NCBI RefSeq assembly: GCF_018977255.1
Contig: NW_024704745.1
Coordinates: 10,540,001 to 10,604,000 of the forward strand
Direction: 5' to 3'
From: Callorhinchus milii
Taxonomy: Eukaryota
DNA length: 64,000 nt
Part shown: positions 1 to 14,487 of the stretch, piece after piece
How the letters are laid out: each line of letters opens with the position of its first letter
Position numbering within the stretch: position 1 is the stretch's first letter
The notes under the pieces: model-generated
What the model was told of the DNA's origin: nothing
What the model saw: the letters and a program-made list of their open reading frames with translations, nothing else
Database searches by the model: none
Position numbers and translations under genes: made by a program

Positions 1-3000
1 GATTTGCAGTGCCCTTTGACTAACCAGTGCAAAGCATTGCGATGTAGTGCAAAACTGCCTGCACCTTCCTCAAAGGGTTATAATTGCGAGAAGTTCGGGC
101 ACTTACTGGTGGAGAAAGATCTTCTGTGATATCCTTGCTGAAAGTATAGAGATGATAATGGATTATATATTTATATATTATGACTTACAAGTTGTCACAT
201 GTAAAATAGAATACACATTCAGTAGAGCTGCTGTAAGTTTAGACGTTACTTTCCCCTTATAAATGCCTGAGCACCCGCACTATCTCCCAATATTACAAGT
301 CACACTCTTAGTCACAGCAGATTTTGTTGAATTTTGCAGGACATCCCAGTTGAACGCAACCAACCCAGATAGTGCAATCGTTTGCAGATTTAGCTTCTAA
401 CCATTCAGAAACCGACAAAGTGCTAGATTCAAGAAAGCAAATTGTACTTAAAAATTATCCTCAGGAGATTGTATACTGTTTTGCCAACCGTTTGTTTGTT
501 GTTTTTCAATACCCTAGTTAAAAGCGAAGAAATTCTTTGGCAAAGTAGTTGTTGAGAAGTATTCAGGCATTGAAAATGATGGGCTTGGGTAATTGTGAAG
601 GGGGCAGCTAACTCTTAACTCGTAACAGTGGGTGAGATGGCGTAGGGGGGAGTGGCGAGGGATGGGGGGGGACACGAGAGTGGAGGCAAATTATGTCAGC
701 TTGCTTGCAGCCAATTCAGGCCAATTGATGGCTGAGAACAGGAAGCTCCTTTCATTGGGTCTCCTATGGTGCTCGGAAAGTTGTGTCGCAACAGGTTCTG
801 CTCAGCGTCATGTGAAACCATTGAAATAAAAGTCAGCACAAGAGTCTGGGTAGGCATGTCTGCTGCAGGAGATGTTTGTAACAGGGATGACATGCGCTGC
901 AGTTGCATTGTCAGTTGTCAAAAGGGTGTGAAGCTGAGGATGTCACCCTCACATCTCGCATGAGGTTTGGCAGTGCTGTTGCTTGGCAGATCACCAACCT
1001 ATACCGACCATAACTTGCCTGTCACCCTGACCCACGGTTATAAATAACGGACTAGTTTGCTCCTGTAGGTAGCCTTTTATTCCCAAGAAGTTCAGGAATT
1101 TCCATTATTTTTTATGGGAATCAACCAAGTGGTTATGGCCTGATTTATACAGGACAGATTATTCCTACCCTTTACTTAGGTGTTTTATCTACAAAGCATT
1201 GTCCAAATAATTTACACGAGTAAGTCACGGAAAAGGTTTTTATTAAGTGTAATAGTCAGATAGTTGCTGGAACCCTTGTGTAGATAGTGTTATCATATTT
1301 TCCAATTTGTTAGGTCAGTTGGCTGTAAAGACAATGCTTAAGAATGACTTGATGTGTGTGTATATGTGTTGGGGAAGAAGTGGTGGGGTGGGGGGAGGAG
1401 AGACTTTTTTTTCCCTATTAGCTGCAGAAAAGAGGAAAATCCGTTAAAACAGTCTTAAGCTTGCCACTCCTGATCATATCCTACAAATAAATATTCAAAA
1501 TGTTACCAATTCTGCTTGAAAACGGTTACCACGTCTTAAATTGGGTAGCAACCTTGCTTAAAAAGACAGATTGGTAGATTGACTGGTTGACTAATTAACG
1601 GTAGGATCTTTCACAATATGCCAGATACTTGCTGAGCCAAGAGATGAGTTGCTTGGAGCTAAAACAATAACTGAAGTTATTTGTGCCCTTTGAGTTAGTA
1701 TTTTGTTGAAGACATCCAGTTTTAGAACCCAGGGTACCGGTCTGCACTTTTGTTCGTTGTGTTTGTGGAAAAATGCTTTGTGGATGAAATCTCCCAACTC
1801 AGATTGTGCACATTTTTTTATCGTAAATGTTTATTTTAAATGAACTTAGAATTTTAACAGAGTGGGTAATATAACTTGAAGAAAACTTTTTTTTATAGTA
1901 TTGAAGTAAGGCATATTTAAGAAACTCGAAATGTGCATTGTATTCTAGGGGGAACATGTTTATTTGGCCTTAAAAAAAATATTTTATAAGGTACTTAATT
2001 TACTTTATGAGAATGGGGGGGGAAGATAATTAAGTCCGTTTTTACAAAAATTCAACCTGTTTGGGGCTGACGTTAATGATGTCTGCAACTGCTGCAGCAA
2101 CACCTTGTAGCCAAAGAAATCTTTTGTTAGTAAAATTTCTTCTATAGAATCCGAGTTTAAATTGGGTGGGGGGAGGGGGGAGTTTAAATTTAGATTTTGT
2201 TTTAAAACAAAGGTGACTTATTGGCCCACTAGTGTAACGATTTGGGTATGTTTGTCTCACCCCGTTTTGGCTGCAGATTCAAATCTTGGCAAGGAACACC
2301 CAAATAACATTAGAAAGATGTCTAGCAGTTACAATGTGTATGATCCATTATTAGAACTGTGGTATATAAGGGTTGGTGAGGAGATAAAGGAGGCACTTGT
2401 TGACCAAATGGAGTTCAGTGGCGTTCAGTATCTTACGAATTCAAAGTTTTTTTTTAGGCCAATTAATAAAATGGATCCAGTAGTATATTTTTGAATGGCA
2501 GATTTGATGTGAACTATTTAGAATTTTTTTTCAAGGAGGGGGGAGGGGAAGGGAGGGTAGAAGGCAATGACTGATGATGTACAATTGATTTTGATACCAA
2601 AAATGCAGGAACATTTCCTGAGTCACATGAAGTATTAAGAGGAATTATATTTCATTAGAATCAACACACACACTCACACATACGCTTAGTTTGTTTCCAA
2701 GCTGACAATATTTAAAACCATGGTGAATAGAGTTTTAAGAGTCACATTTAAAATATATATATATATAAAAGACAAGACCACGATTCATTTTTGTGGATAT
2801 CTGATCTTTAACCTTCGGGGTTTTGTAACACTGCAATGAGATTGTTTAAAGGAAGAACCCACATGCCTGTTCTATGAAGTTTGTACTCATATTAGACATG
2901 AACCAAATTAATTGTAATTCTCCAAGTAAAGTAATTTTGACCACAAATTAACTTTTGACATGTTCACTGTGCCTGCATTAGTGTAGCACCGTGTACTGAA

Positions 3001-6000
3001 AAACAAAATGACCTTAAAAGCCCAAAGACAACATTCGATTTGGATCAAGTATCTTATACTGTACTACTTTTTTTGAATTCTTAAACGAGTTGGTGTTTGT
3101 CATTTTTGACTTCAGATCATTGGTCCTGCTTTCCCCGTTTACATAATTTTTTAAAAAATTCAGCTTAAAGTATGGTTTTAGAAGCTTGTATGAACAGTGC
3201 TCTAAATCACTTGGGTCCCAAAGCTACCAGGTGCGTGTGTGTTTATGCACATAGAGGGATATGGACACCTCTTCCTTTGAACATTCTTACCACTCCGCTC
3301 TAACTGATGTAGATCCTGAGAGCTCTCAAAAATCCACTGGCTCGCTTCACTTCCCATTTCTTTTTGGTTTGTTGTTCAGAGAACAGGTCACTCTCTGCTA
3401 GTCAGCGATTTAGACCTCTGCAACAGACCATCATTATCCAAATCGCCCTCTTTCAGTGAAACATCACTTTAAGAAGTTTGTCATTTCAGCTTCTAGATGA
3501 CCATTGAGGACGTGAATATTTAAAAATTGTTTATCTCTCAATGGGATCTCATTTCAGATTTATTGTGGATGTAACCATAGGTTCAGAAAGCCTCACTTTG
3601 GTGACATTTGTGCGCGTGAAGTTGAAATGGCCAATTACATTAGCCATGTTTGTGCTTCTGACTGGACAATCCAGTCACTTAATCCACACTGTGACCCAGA
3701 TTGATGATGAAGGTTTTATTGTTCATGTCTTAACAATGTTTGTACACACAGACCTAAAAGACTGGAGCTGAAGCTGACCAGTGTGTTTTTTTCTCTTTCT
3801 CCCTATTCCTGGTTCATTATTTACACATACTGTTTGACAAGAGTTTGATGGGTTTTTAGCCCTGATCAATATACTACTTCCAAAGAGCTGGCTGTTGGTT
3901 AACAAGCAAACCTGACATCAAGTTTAAAGTATTGAGATCCATTGCACAAAGAGAGAAGACTTAAGGACCCAGTGTGGTCTTGTCATTGTTCTGAGTGGAT
4001 TCCGCAGTGTGTGAGACACACCAGCACGGTTTTCTGTAGTAATTGACGTGTGAAAGTTACTTGTTAGCATTAGCGCATGGACATGCACAGATGGTGTTGG
4101 TGCTCAGCAACAATGTCAGCGCAATGGAATGTTGGCTGTCTTCTTGCTTGCAAGCAGGAAAGTAGGTGACGTAGGGTCTTTAGCTGTGGAGTGCTCGATA
4201 ATAAACTGCAGTTCAGAATGCTATACTTGAGATGTATTGAATGCCACCCCTCGCCTAATCTTACAGTAAGTGAATATGGTGGTCGCCTACTTTGTTCAAA
4301 GAAAAAAAAAGCTTACGGTAATTAAGACTGCTGTAGATTGCCATTTTGATGTTTCTTTCTAGAGAATTAATTTCAGTGAAGTATAATTTTAAAAACGTGA
4401 AGCAAAATTCCTGGTGATGTTAGGATATCCCCATTACAAGAGAATCAGTTCTTGTTAAACAGAAGGTGCCTGTGTATATAGCTCCTTTCTATTGCTTTGA
4501 GCAGAGTCCCTTATATATTTCTTACTAATATGCTCTGTAGAAATTGAATTCAGAAATTTTACTACTGATAATTAAGAGTTTAAAGCCACTAATTATATAA
4601 AGGTTGCATAATTTGACAGATGATCATTTTATATTGTGTACTGTTTATTGCCTGTCTGTTTAGTTTGTGACTGAAACACAGATTTCTTTTTCCTCTATTA
4701 TAATGCTGTATGCTGCTGCAGTGTTATTCTCTCATTATTTCCTAGCAGGCAATAAAGCATATTGTACAGTATTTTTGAAAAGGAGTATGACCTTTCTTTG
4801 CAACTAACAGTAAGCCTCAACTTTACACCCCAATACCTTAGAGAATGATGGTTGTTCGATTGAATCTAAGAAGAAAGCTATCAAAGACAACAAGAGTGGA
4901 GTAATTAAAAATACAATCAAATCTGTTCAAGCACCCACCAACATTGAGTAACCCTGTTGACAACCACCCTGGAACATTCCAGGCAGCGCAGGTTGCACAC
5001 CAACAAACCTTTACTCGGGAAACACCCTTATATTAAGCCACGTTGTTGAAGAGAGGTTTGACTGTACAATTAAGATACTTTTGGTTTGAAATTCCACCGG
5101 GGTCTAGGTTTATTCTGTCAATGTGCCATTTCAGAGTGCCCAGAATTTGTAAAATTCTTAAAACACAGTCTTTAATTGCACAGCCAGCTTTCTGTCTGTT
5201 TATTTGATGATTTACACTACAGAAAACGGGCTTCACAGCTGAGACTGAACTCAACACTTTGCCAAGTTCTGCACACTCTGAAACGCCACGTTAATAGAGT
5301 AAATCGAGACATGGGTGGAATTTCCACCCAAGTGAAAGGAGTTGACTGACTTAAAAAGTGAGCTTCAATTGACCAAAGTAGGCTTTTCTCCTACTCGTAG
5401 TGTAAATCTTTGATAATTATAATTACCTTTTGTTTGGTCAGCCGGGTGACCGACACATGGAAACCCATCACCATGCTTGATATGCAAACAAAACTAAGAA
5501 ATCCCAGAGACAAATTATTGGCATGGAATGCTCTCTCCATAGAGGAACGCATCCTGCTTACCTAATTCCAGTAGGTATTAGGCGCAGGTTGGCAAGAGCC
5601 AAGGCTTGGGGACCCCAGAGTGTGCGTTGGGGAAACTGCTGGAGTCTAACTCGCATTCTCCTTTAGTTGGTAGATTCAAGGTGAGTTGTTGGCATTCATA
5701 GCGGATGTGTTCACATCAAGGTAAAATAAGCGTAGGTTAGGGCAATATTGCAATACAGATACTTTGGCCAATTTAACAATTAACTGTCTCTGTACTCTTG
5801 GATGAAGAGTTAAACGGGCAGTCTTTCATCTTTTCCTGGCATCAGCTTATCTCAACCCAAGCCTTGGGGCATGAGCTTTGAGCCAATTAATCGAGAGCTC
5901 AGAGCCATTCATTGTTGCCTATTTCCTCAAAGAAGGAACTCTGCTTCAGAACATCAGTAGATCTGAATTATCAGAGTATTCTTGAGCCCCAAATGGTAAT

Positions 6001-7799
6001 CTTTTATAACTTTTTGGCTTATTTTAGACCAATATTTGTGGATAATGATGCCTAATTCTTAAAAAAAATAACACTTTTACCTTTTGAGAGAAATTCTGAT
6101 AGCCATCACAGTGTCAGTCGCACCTTAGAGAAGCTGTGATATTTCAAGTTGTGTAGATGCCATTAGACGAGTTAAGTTTAATCAGCCACAGGCTCAGTGA
6201 GTGCTGGACACAATGGGGATTTGTGTCCTTTTTATAATGATAATACTCCTCACATTTGGTATAGCGCCTTTAACAACAGGAAGACATCCCAAGACACTTC
6301 ACAGCTTCTACTGTTAAGTGCACTGTCTGTGTGTGAAGGCCCACAAAATTCTCAAATACTGCCCAGGAACAGTCATTTCACGAATGCGGGAGGTGTTAGT
6401 GCTCAGCAGTGCCCATTTCAGGCTCTACAACTCATGAAATGTCAGTTTTCCTGGAGGGAACAGGCCATAAGATAGCTTGTGATTTCTATTACTTGGATGC
6501 CATATTATTTTTTTAATGTATATATGTATATTTAGGTGAGACCGAAAAGGAAAGTCTTGTTTCTTCCAAATGCTGGGTAAGTAGTACAAAAGAGATATGG
6601 AAACACTCTGGATACCTCAGTACATTTTACCTCCATTTAAGAGTTGAAATTTATATCTACATTTTCGGAAACAATGGCACAGTATAGCTTATGTGTTTTT
6701 TGGGGGTAAATATAATATACTATATCATATAAGGTCCAAAGACTGTTAATAAGACAATTAACCAGTATTTTATTAATGCACGTAATCTAAGGGAAAATGC
6801 CAACCTTCATTGCAGCACAGTTGGCAATGATAGAACTGAAGAGAAAACCAATCATCTTCATAAATTCCTTTCAGTGAGACTCTCAAGGCTGAATTGGAAA
6901 TAAAATACCGTAAAGCAATGCAATTTTTTTAAATTTGCTTTGAAATTAGATTATATACATGAAGAGAAGCATGGTAAAATTGTATCTTGGGGGCAAAATC
7001 TGTAGCGTTCCTTGTCTCAATTAACACAAGGAATGCTATAAGGAATAGCTGCAAATTTGTTACTGTTCTTGAATTTGTGCCATTCTGACTAATTAAGAAT
7101 TTATTTGCACTCATCTCAATGTTTATTCCCTCACAGATGGTTTCTCCCAGTCAGCTGGCTGCTTGCCAGTTTAATAATAACCATAACACTATGACTAGTA
7201 ATAATCCTTCCATTTAATATAGTGGTTTTCATGTCAGGAGGATGTCTCAAAACACTTCACAGGATATTATGTAAAGTGCCGTTTATAGGCAAACACGATA
7301 GCCAAGTTGCTCACAGCAATTAGCAATGTCCCACCAACCTCCATGAAGTGAATAATTAATTTTATTTGGGGAATTGGTGGCCAGGACACCAGGAGAAATT
7401 AGGTGTGTTATGGTTTATATCCCCCTGAACAGGCAGACAGCACCTCTGTTTAACATCTCTTAAGCTGTCTAGGCCGAAACTCCACTGTAGTGCTGAGGGA
7501 ACGCTGCATTGTCAGAGGTGCTGTCCTTTGGATGATTTGCTGTGTGCAAATTGGCTGATTGTTGCGTTCACCCAGTTTCGGTCATCTTTTCCCCTCCCCA
7601 TCCCACCTTCCTCAGGTCCCACCCCCAGCTCGGGTACCATACCGGCAGTATCGAGCGCTTTGCAGAATCGACCGGCCCAACCGGCAGTATCAACGTCTTT
7701 CCAACAAAAAAGGCGCTGTGTAAATGTTATGTTAGGTTTCTGGAAGGGAAACACAACAATATTCCTTATGCGGCTCGTGGATGTTTCTCAAATGAGGCA

Positions 7800-7838
7800 T
7801 GCGGTGCTCAGCAGCCAAAAGGTTGGACTACCCTGGTC
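7800..7838 (-). mobile_element. Possible hAT-type MITE terminus
   Basis: Reverse complement reads CAGGGTAGTCCAACCTTTT, like hAT MITE terminal repeats; the partner end was not clearly found. Confidence 0.3.
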
Positions 7839-8859
7839 TAGATAAAATCAAACTATTTTTGTTACTGTCATTTCTGAAGAGACTTGAAATTCATATTTCT
7901 CATAATTGCGGCGAGCGAGAGAACAAGGGATCATCACGTCTGCAGTGGGACAGTATTGCAAATTTGAAAAGAAATACGCGTGACCATCAATAAAGGTGAG
8001 CACTTACATAGTGTCGGAAATATAAAGTGAATACTGCAGCTGCGATCAGTGTTGCCACAGCCAGGATAGTAACTCACTACTATTGCCAGGTCTGTTCCCA
8101 TCGTGTATTACTGTGAAAAGACATTAAATGCATATTAAACGCAGGTCCTGCTAAATTTCATGTAAAATTGTCCTTAATGAGAATGCTTCCTGTAACACTG
8201 ACGTTGTGGACATGTTCAGTACTTTTAGTCTTGCAGCATTTTGTTCATTATTTAGGTTCACGCTTATAATTGATTCATTTACTGCCCCCTACGTGTGTAT
8301 CTTTTTATCTTTTAAACCTTGGCATAGATTTGGCCAAATGTGAAACTTTACAGTTAATGCTGAAAGTTGGTATTGAAAATACAGACCAAGGAGACAGTCT
8401 TTGGGAGGCAAACAGTGCAAAGTCAAAATAGTGAATCATGAATGAAAAGGAAGTAAAAATGATTCAGAGGAGGGGAAAAATAAAAGTCTAAAGAAAAGGA
8501 CTCTCATTAAGAGAAAGTTTTATGGTTAGATCACCTTTGAGAAGGGAAACAGGACTTCACAACTATGCAGCACACCCGCCAGACTGTGACCTCAAAATCC
8601 TAACATGGGGTTTGAACTCACAACCTTCTGATGGCACCTTATCAAGCAATGATACATTATTCTGTCATGTGAGTGAATTTTTCAGTCAGTTCCTTTCAAT
8701 ATTTTACTGGAAGCTTTATTATTAATAATAATCTTGCATTTGATGTAGACTGCACTTCGAGGGAATTTCCAAAAGAACTTCACAGGATGTACTGTAATGT
8801 GTAGTGATTGTGTGATTTATGAGCAAATATTTACACAACAGAACATGCATTTCTCCTAC

Positions 8860-9165
8860 CGTGATGATTTACAAAAATCCGTTCAATGATGGGTGCAGAC
8901 AGTGTTGAGTGATTCACATGGCAAGAATATTTTTTTGTTTCATTCCATTCAGATGCTAAAAGCTTTAGGATACTGGTGATGGAGAAAGACCCATCACTGT
9001 TGCGTTGGAGGGTCCCATTATATGTCTCATTGGTAATTAACTTTCCATCCTCAAACCAGGATATCTGAATATCGGGAGGATAGAATTCCTGTGATACACA
9101 GACTAGCTGTTTATTACCATTTGGCAAAGGCAGAACCTCTGCTCTTAACTCGACTCTTGAATGAG
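8860..9165 (-). CDS. C1-set Ig exon of gene A (open frame)
   Basis: KQLVCVSQEFYPPDIQISWFEDG...RNSDGSFSITSILKL...YSCHVNHSTL. Acceptor gtttttcAG, donor G/GTAGGA, 306 nt, phase 1/1. Confidence 0.9.
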
Positions 9166-10506
9166 CTGAAAAACAATCAGAACATTTATTAACAATAATA
9201 CTCATCCTTACATTTGATAATAGCGCCTCATCAAGTTGTCGAGACATCTCAAAGCACTTTACAGAATATACTATAAAGTGCTGTAACTGTGTGTGTTTTG
9301 TGGACAAAACATTAGCTGATTTGTGCACAGCAATGTCCCACAAACAACCATGGAGTGAATGACCAATTTTTGGGGGGTGGGGATTGAAGGGGAAAACACT
9401 GGGAGAAACTCTCTTCTCTTTTTGAATAGTGCCAGGGAATTTTCAATGTCCACCTGGACACGCAGACAATATGTCGGTTTAATGTCTCATTCAAAGGACT
9501 GCACCTCCGACAAATGCAGCACCCCCACCCAGCACTGCATTGGAGTGTCAGCATAGACTAAATATGGGTTCCAAGTCCCTTTCATTGTCTTGCATTTTCA
9601 AAACTATTAGAGATAATAGTTAAAGATAAATTAAAGATAACTCCTGCTTTCCTGTAAGAACTATATTACAAGGCACCTTGCAAGAAAAAAGCTACTACAG
9701 ATATGAAGGAGAATTGCTAGAGCAGGCTGAAAGAATTTAATGTATAGCAGCTGCTGTGTAGGCTGTAGACAGTTTGGATTGTAATAGACATTGTGCACGA
9801 TTTGGTCCGAGGAGATAAAGAAAATCAAAAAGCTGGGTTCTTATTGTTTTTACAGCTCAGCTATTCACTGGATACACTCCCTGAGCTATTAGGAATACAA
9901 ACAGTTGTCACATTTGATAAATACGCTGGTGAATTCACGACAGGCCACAGCGATTTCACGAAACACGGCTGGTCAACAATCCCCAAAATAAAATTAGTCA
10001 TCCATTTCTCCATGGCTGTTTGTGGGACATTGCTATGTGCAAATTGGCTGCTGTGTTTGTCTGCAAATACACACTTCACAGTAACATCATGTGCAGGGTA
10101 TTAAGACATCTTGATAATGTGACATGATGCTCTATCATACACCAAGCTAGGAGGAACAGTGTGTTCTGTTATTTAGACATGATTAATTCAAATACAGGAT
10201 TATTATTACTTCAAAATTCTGTGAAACATAAGGAACATTGGACTTAGGACTCTTTTTTTATGAACCAATACAATCCATTTTATGTATACTGGAAAAGTAC
10301 TGATTCTAAAGAACATTTCCTCCTTGAAACTGGCTGTTTATCGATATGTCCCGCACAGTTTGCCCAGGGTATTCTTCCTGTTCTCAATTCTGCCTCATTT
10401 TTACTGTTATATTTTGAGATGATTGTAGACCGTGATGCAAAAACCCTCTTAAACTCACAGGGTTTTTTGGAACTTTTTTTTGAAATAGTGAAGGCAAATC
10501 TCTCAT

Positions 10507-10863
10507 CTTCCACTTCCAGGTATGTTCCTTTACCTTGTACATGTCTAATGGGGGGAGGTATCTCAAGAAGAACTTCACAAACATGGAGGTCAGAATCACA
10601 TAAATGAAGATCACGGATTACTAAAGATGATGTGTTCTTGGCAACATCACTGACATGTGTCAGTAGATTCTCAGAACTACTACCATTTGTTTTATTTGAA
10701 CTTAAAACATATTGATATCACACTTCTCCAGTGCTATTTCTTTTCCATATAATTTTCAATCGATCTACATTTCCAGCGCTGAAGAGCACTTTATGTTCAG
10801 TCTCTCCCTTCAGTGCTGTGGTGACAGAGGATGTTTTCCAGATCAACAAGTTGTTGCATTTTG
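10507..10863 (-). pseudogene. Disrupted V-set Ig exon of gene A
   Basis: KCNNLLIWKTSSVTTALKGE-[LNIKC in shifted frame]-FSAGNVDRLKIIWKRNSTGEV*YQYV...SSLVIRDLHLCDSDLHVCEVLLEIPPPIRHVQGKGTYLEVE. Acceptor ttcatccacAG ends at 10864. Confidence 0.85.
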
Positions 10864-12009
10864 CTGTGGATGAAACAAGAATAGAAAATTCCCATCACCG
10901 GTCAATATAATCTTGTGATCAAACAAAGCTGTAAGATTACCTGATAACTGTACCTATTTTAAATATACAGATAGATTCAAAGAAGGGTGGGTGTTTGTTC
11001 CTATTCTTGGCTATGAACATATGAACATAAGAATTGCTAGATGAAAGAAGTACAAGGTCCATCCAGTTTTGCCTTCCACCATCCTGGCAGTCAATTGCAC
11101 TTGTCATGCCCCAAACTGTATACTATATCCCAAGATATTATTTCCTAAAAGAAATTATGCTTTTGAAAGAATCGACACTTTCTACTTCCACCGTCTCTCT
11201 AGAGAGTATGTTCCATACATTTAATACTCACTCACTGAAATAGTGTTTCCACAGATTTGTTTTGAATTTAGCCCCTTCAATCATAGGTTCTACTCTTCTG
11301 GGCAGGATAAAACAGTTTATCATGTTCCACATTATCCAGTCCCTTTAGAATCTTAAAACCCGCAATCATATCTCCATATCCCTCCGTTATCCAAAGTCCC
11401 TCACAAACATTCAGAATAACTAGCAATTTTTTAAAGTTGTTGTTTATGGGACGTTGCTAGAACAACTTAGTTGCCGTAACTGCTAATATTCAGGAATGTT
11501 TATTTCTATAGCACCTTATGTTTAAAAGACACGATAAGACACGATATAAAATGCAAAGATTATTATTGTTATAGATGTTTCCATGTGTTTTTTGATCAGC
11601 TCTATTCCATTTAATTCTCTTCCGCTCTATGTTTTTGTTGCTGGAAAAGGAGTTTATTTTCAAAGTCTCCCCTTTCAGGACTGCCAAAGAATCAGCTCTT
11701 TGCATTTTCCTCAAAGAAAGGCATGCAGATAACAATTTGTTACCTCGTAGACGATGCAGAATTATGGTCTCAATGCTATGCTTGAAAGTCACAGCTCAGC
11801 CTTTGAAAATTAGAATTGAGTCCAATTTGATAGGAACCAAATAAGCATCTCAGCTTAAATAAAGTCAAGCTTCTTGAAAGCATTGAATTAGAGGTCAGAA
11901 GGGTAACTAGCCTGCCCTAGAATGTTGATGTGTATATTGAGGAGTGAAGTTAGTGTAGGTAAGAGTTGGTTAGATTTGTGCGTAAAATGAATCTTTGAGT
12001 AAATGAAAG

Positions 12010-12240
12010 AAACAACAACAACAACAACAAGATTCCATTTATAAAGCGCCTTTCACGTCAGGAGGACGTCCCAAGGCGCTGCACAGTTGGGTCATGACCC
12101 GAGCAGGGGGGAAATGGTCAGGGTGAGGGGAGGGAAGGGAGGGAGCGAGGAGGGGGGAAATGGTCAGAATGAGGGGAGGGAAGGGAGGGAGCGAGGAGGG
12201 GGAAGAGAGTCGAGAGGGGAGCTGAAGGCTCGGTCAAAGA
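12010..12240 (-). mobile_element. L2 3'-end fragment (same subfamily as 27751-29372) with an internal ~45-nt tandem duplication
   Basis: (AAC)n-gattccatttataaagcgcctttcacgtcaggaggacgtcccaaggcgct is nearly identical to the 27.75 kb copy; gggggaaatggtcag...gagcgaggag occurs twice. Confidence 0.8.
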
Positions 12241-14339
12241 GAAGGGGGGATCACAACAAGAATGTGATGTGCATCAAAGGACATAAAAGGATATCAAGGT
12301 TTAATAATGCCACTAATAATAATCCTTGTATTTGATGTAATGCCTTTCATATTTGAGAGAACAACAAAATTACATTTAATGTCTCAAAGTGCTTCATAAG
12401 GTATACTATAAAGTGTAGTGACTGTGCGTGTTTTACAGTAATTCAGACCTTGCACTAAGAGAGAGATAAAGCATATGTGGATGAGCCATCTGAAGGATGT
12501 TGGTATGTGGAGTCACCAGGAAAATAATGATTAGGGTTGAATGATGAGTGTTAAGCTCTCTTACCTGCACATGTGAGAAAAATGTGTAGCAAAATGGAAA
12601 TGCATACTCCACTCATTCTCAGCAAAAATATTATCCGTAAGTTCTTTTTTGGTCAACCGAGTTTAAAAAAAAGCAAGTTCTTTTTCTGAAAATAAAGAGA
12701 AAGGGCACAAAAAGAGAAAGGGCACTGCTAAGAATTTTCTATTTCACAAAAAATCAACTTAATAAAAAGACAGAATCGAAAAAGAGCTAAACAGTGATAT
12801 AACGACTGCTGATTACAGTATGGGTCTTTTCAAAGGCCTTTAGTGGTGTATTGTACTTGCAATAACCTGAATCCAATTACTGTAAACATCTTACATTCAT
12901 CATTTTGTGGCTGTGTATCTTTAGACAATGTGGCAGCCAATTTTCACACAGCCTGGAAGTGAATGAACAATTTTATCTGGGGGATTGTTGGCCAGTATTC
13001 CATGGGCAGCTTGAAATAACTTGGTAAATAAGATCAATTTCACCATTGTTTTAAACTGTAAGTAAATCATCACATCAGTCACTCAGTAAAATCCCCAGTG
13101 ACAAGTTATTTTATGATCACGTTTATTTAAGAAAGAAAATTCTGGAAACTTGCTAAATCCTCCCAATAAAAAAAATGTTCATTCACTTCACGGCTGTTTG
13201 TAGGATATTGCTTTGCGCAATTGGGATGGCACATTTGCCTTCAAATTCACAGTCACTCTACTTCACTGTAAATCATTTGAATGCTTTAGGACTCCTCCTA
13301 ATGTGAAAGGTGCTATACCAAATGCAAGGGTTAGTATAATTTTATTATTAATAATAAGTATCAACCTCTGCTGCACATCAAATAGACACCTTTAATTATT
13401 GAAGATGGAGTAGTTGAGGTTTTAAGTTTTTTAAGGTATGAAAAATTGTTTGTTAATTTGAAGAATTTAAATTTTATCAGTTGCATTTCATAGCACCCAG
13501 TGTTGGATGCTTTAGCTTTGTGTGAACTTCTACACAATCTCTTGAGATGGGGTTGAAACCACAACAATCTTATCTACAGGCAGAAGTGCTAACATTTGAG
13601 CTAATCTGACATTTATGGCTGAAGTGTAATTAGAAGTTACTGGGTACTAACAGGAAAAGGCTCTTTGAAGCTGACCACAGCCAATATATCTTTGCAGGAG
13701 AGGATCTCTACAGTTTATGCAAACGGGCAGCTTTAAACCATCCAGTGAGTTTGCTGACTTTTTCACACGCAATGAAACTGTGTGAACATATATATAGTAA
13801 CATTGGGTATAAAATTCGCCCACAAAATATACAGTCAATTCGTTTTACAGTATATTCTGTGCAGTGCATGGAGATGTCTCAAAGACATGATAAGGCACTA
13901 TGTTAAATGCAAGGATTATTAAATTGCATATGTATGATGAAGGGGAGATGCGGGTTGATAGGGTAGAAACATTTCTTTATGTGACAATGCTTCTTTCAAA
14001 CCTGCAGTAAATTAAAAACCTTTAAATAAAGCCTTGGTGCTGAGAATGAAAGATGAAATTCAACCTGGTCTCTGGCTGCCAGGCCAAATTTTTCCTTAAA
14101 AATTCTGATTTTACAGAATAGTGGAAAATTCTTCAATTCACAATTTGGAAGCTGGTTCTTCACAAGAGGAAAAAAACAGCTTCTAAGGTAGGACTGAATT
14201 TTAGAATTTTCTGCAAAATTTTAAGACAAAACAGTCAAAATATAAGGACAGTTAGGTGGGAAACGAGGTGGAATTTCAGGCCTCTTGTTAATAAAGTCAG
14301 ATCACCATCGAAAGCAAACACTTTTTCCCTATTTATTAT

Positions 14340-14487
14340 TACAACAACAACAACTTGGATTTATATAGCGCCCTCCACACCGGACGGTGTCTCAGAGCGC
14401 TTCACAGTAATGGATCCCGGGGCCGAGTCAGGGGGAGGGGGAGGAAAGTGACCAAAGGCTCGGTCGAAAAGAAAGGTCTTCAGCCGA
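14340..14487 (-). mobile_element. L2 3'-end fragment, second subfamily (sister copy at 29447-29582)
   Basis: acaacaacttggatttatatagcgccctccac...ctcagagcgcttcacagta...gtgaccaaaggc...gtcgaaaagaaagg is shared by both loci. Confidence 0.7.

Larger units (their letters stand above)
7848..12616 (-). pseudogene. Paralogous leader-V-C1-TM-tail IgSF gene (gene A), probably a pseudogene
   Basis: Leader 12616-12565 (MSGVCISILLHIFLTCA, G/GTAAGA); V 10863-10507; C1 9165-8860 (intact); TM 8110-8008 (TILAVATLIAAAVFTLYFRHY, out of frame with the exon start); tentative tail exon 7939-7848. Lesions: B-strand Cys codon (10788-10786) out of frame between compensating indels; in-frame TGA 10720-10718; V donor reads AT (10506-10505) instead of GT. 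Confidence 0.8.

Noticed and set aside
3256-3500. Short open frames on both strands (e.g. RDMDTSSFEHSY...FREQVTLC*) that might be a terminal exon of an upstream gene
   Set aside because: No recognisable homology or convincing partner exons. The region 1-6.5 kb looks UTR/intron-like but is unassigned.
3560-3720. Minus-strand LGHSV...LDCPV resembling an Ig B strand
   Set aside because: Requires frame jumps and has no Trp or second Cys; probably chance.
6536-6576. 41-nt segment with good acceptor and GTAAGT donor on the + strand
   Set aside because: No linked exons or recognisable peptide; cannot be supported without transcripts.
10718-10720. In-frame TGA at a Cys-equivalent position read as selenocysteine
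   Set aside because: No SECIS identified, and the exon carries several other inactivating lesions; a nonsense mutation is simpler.
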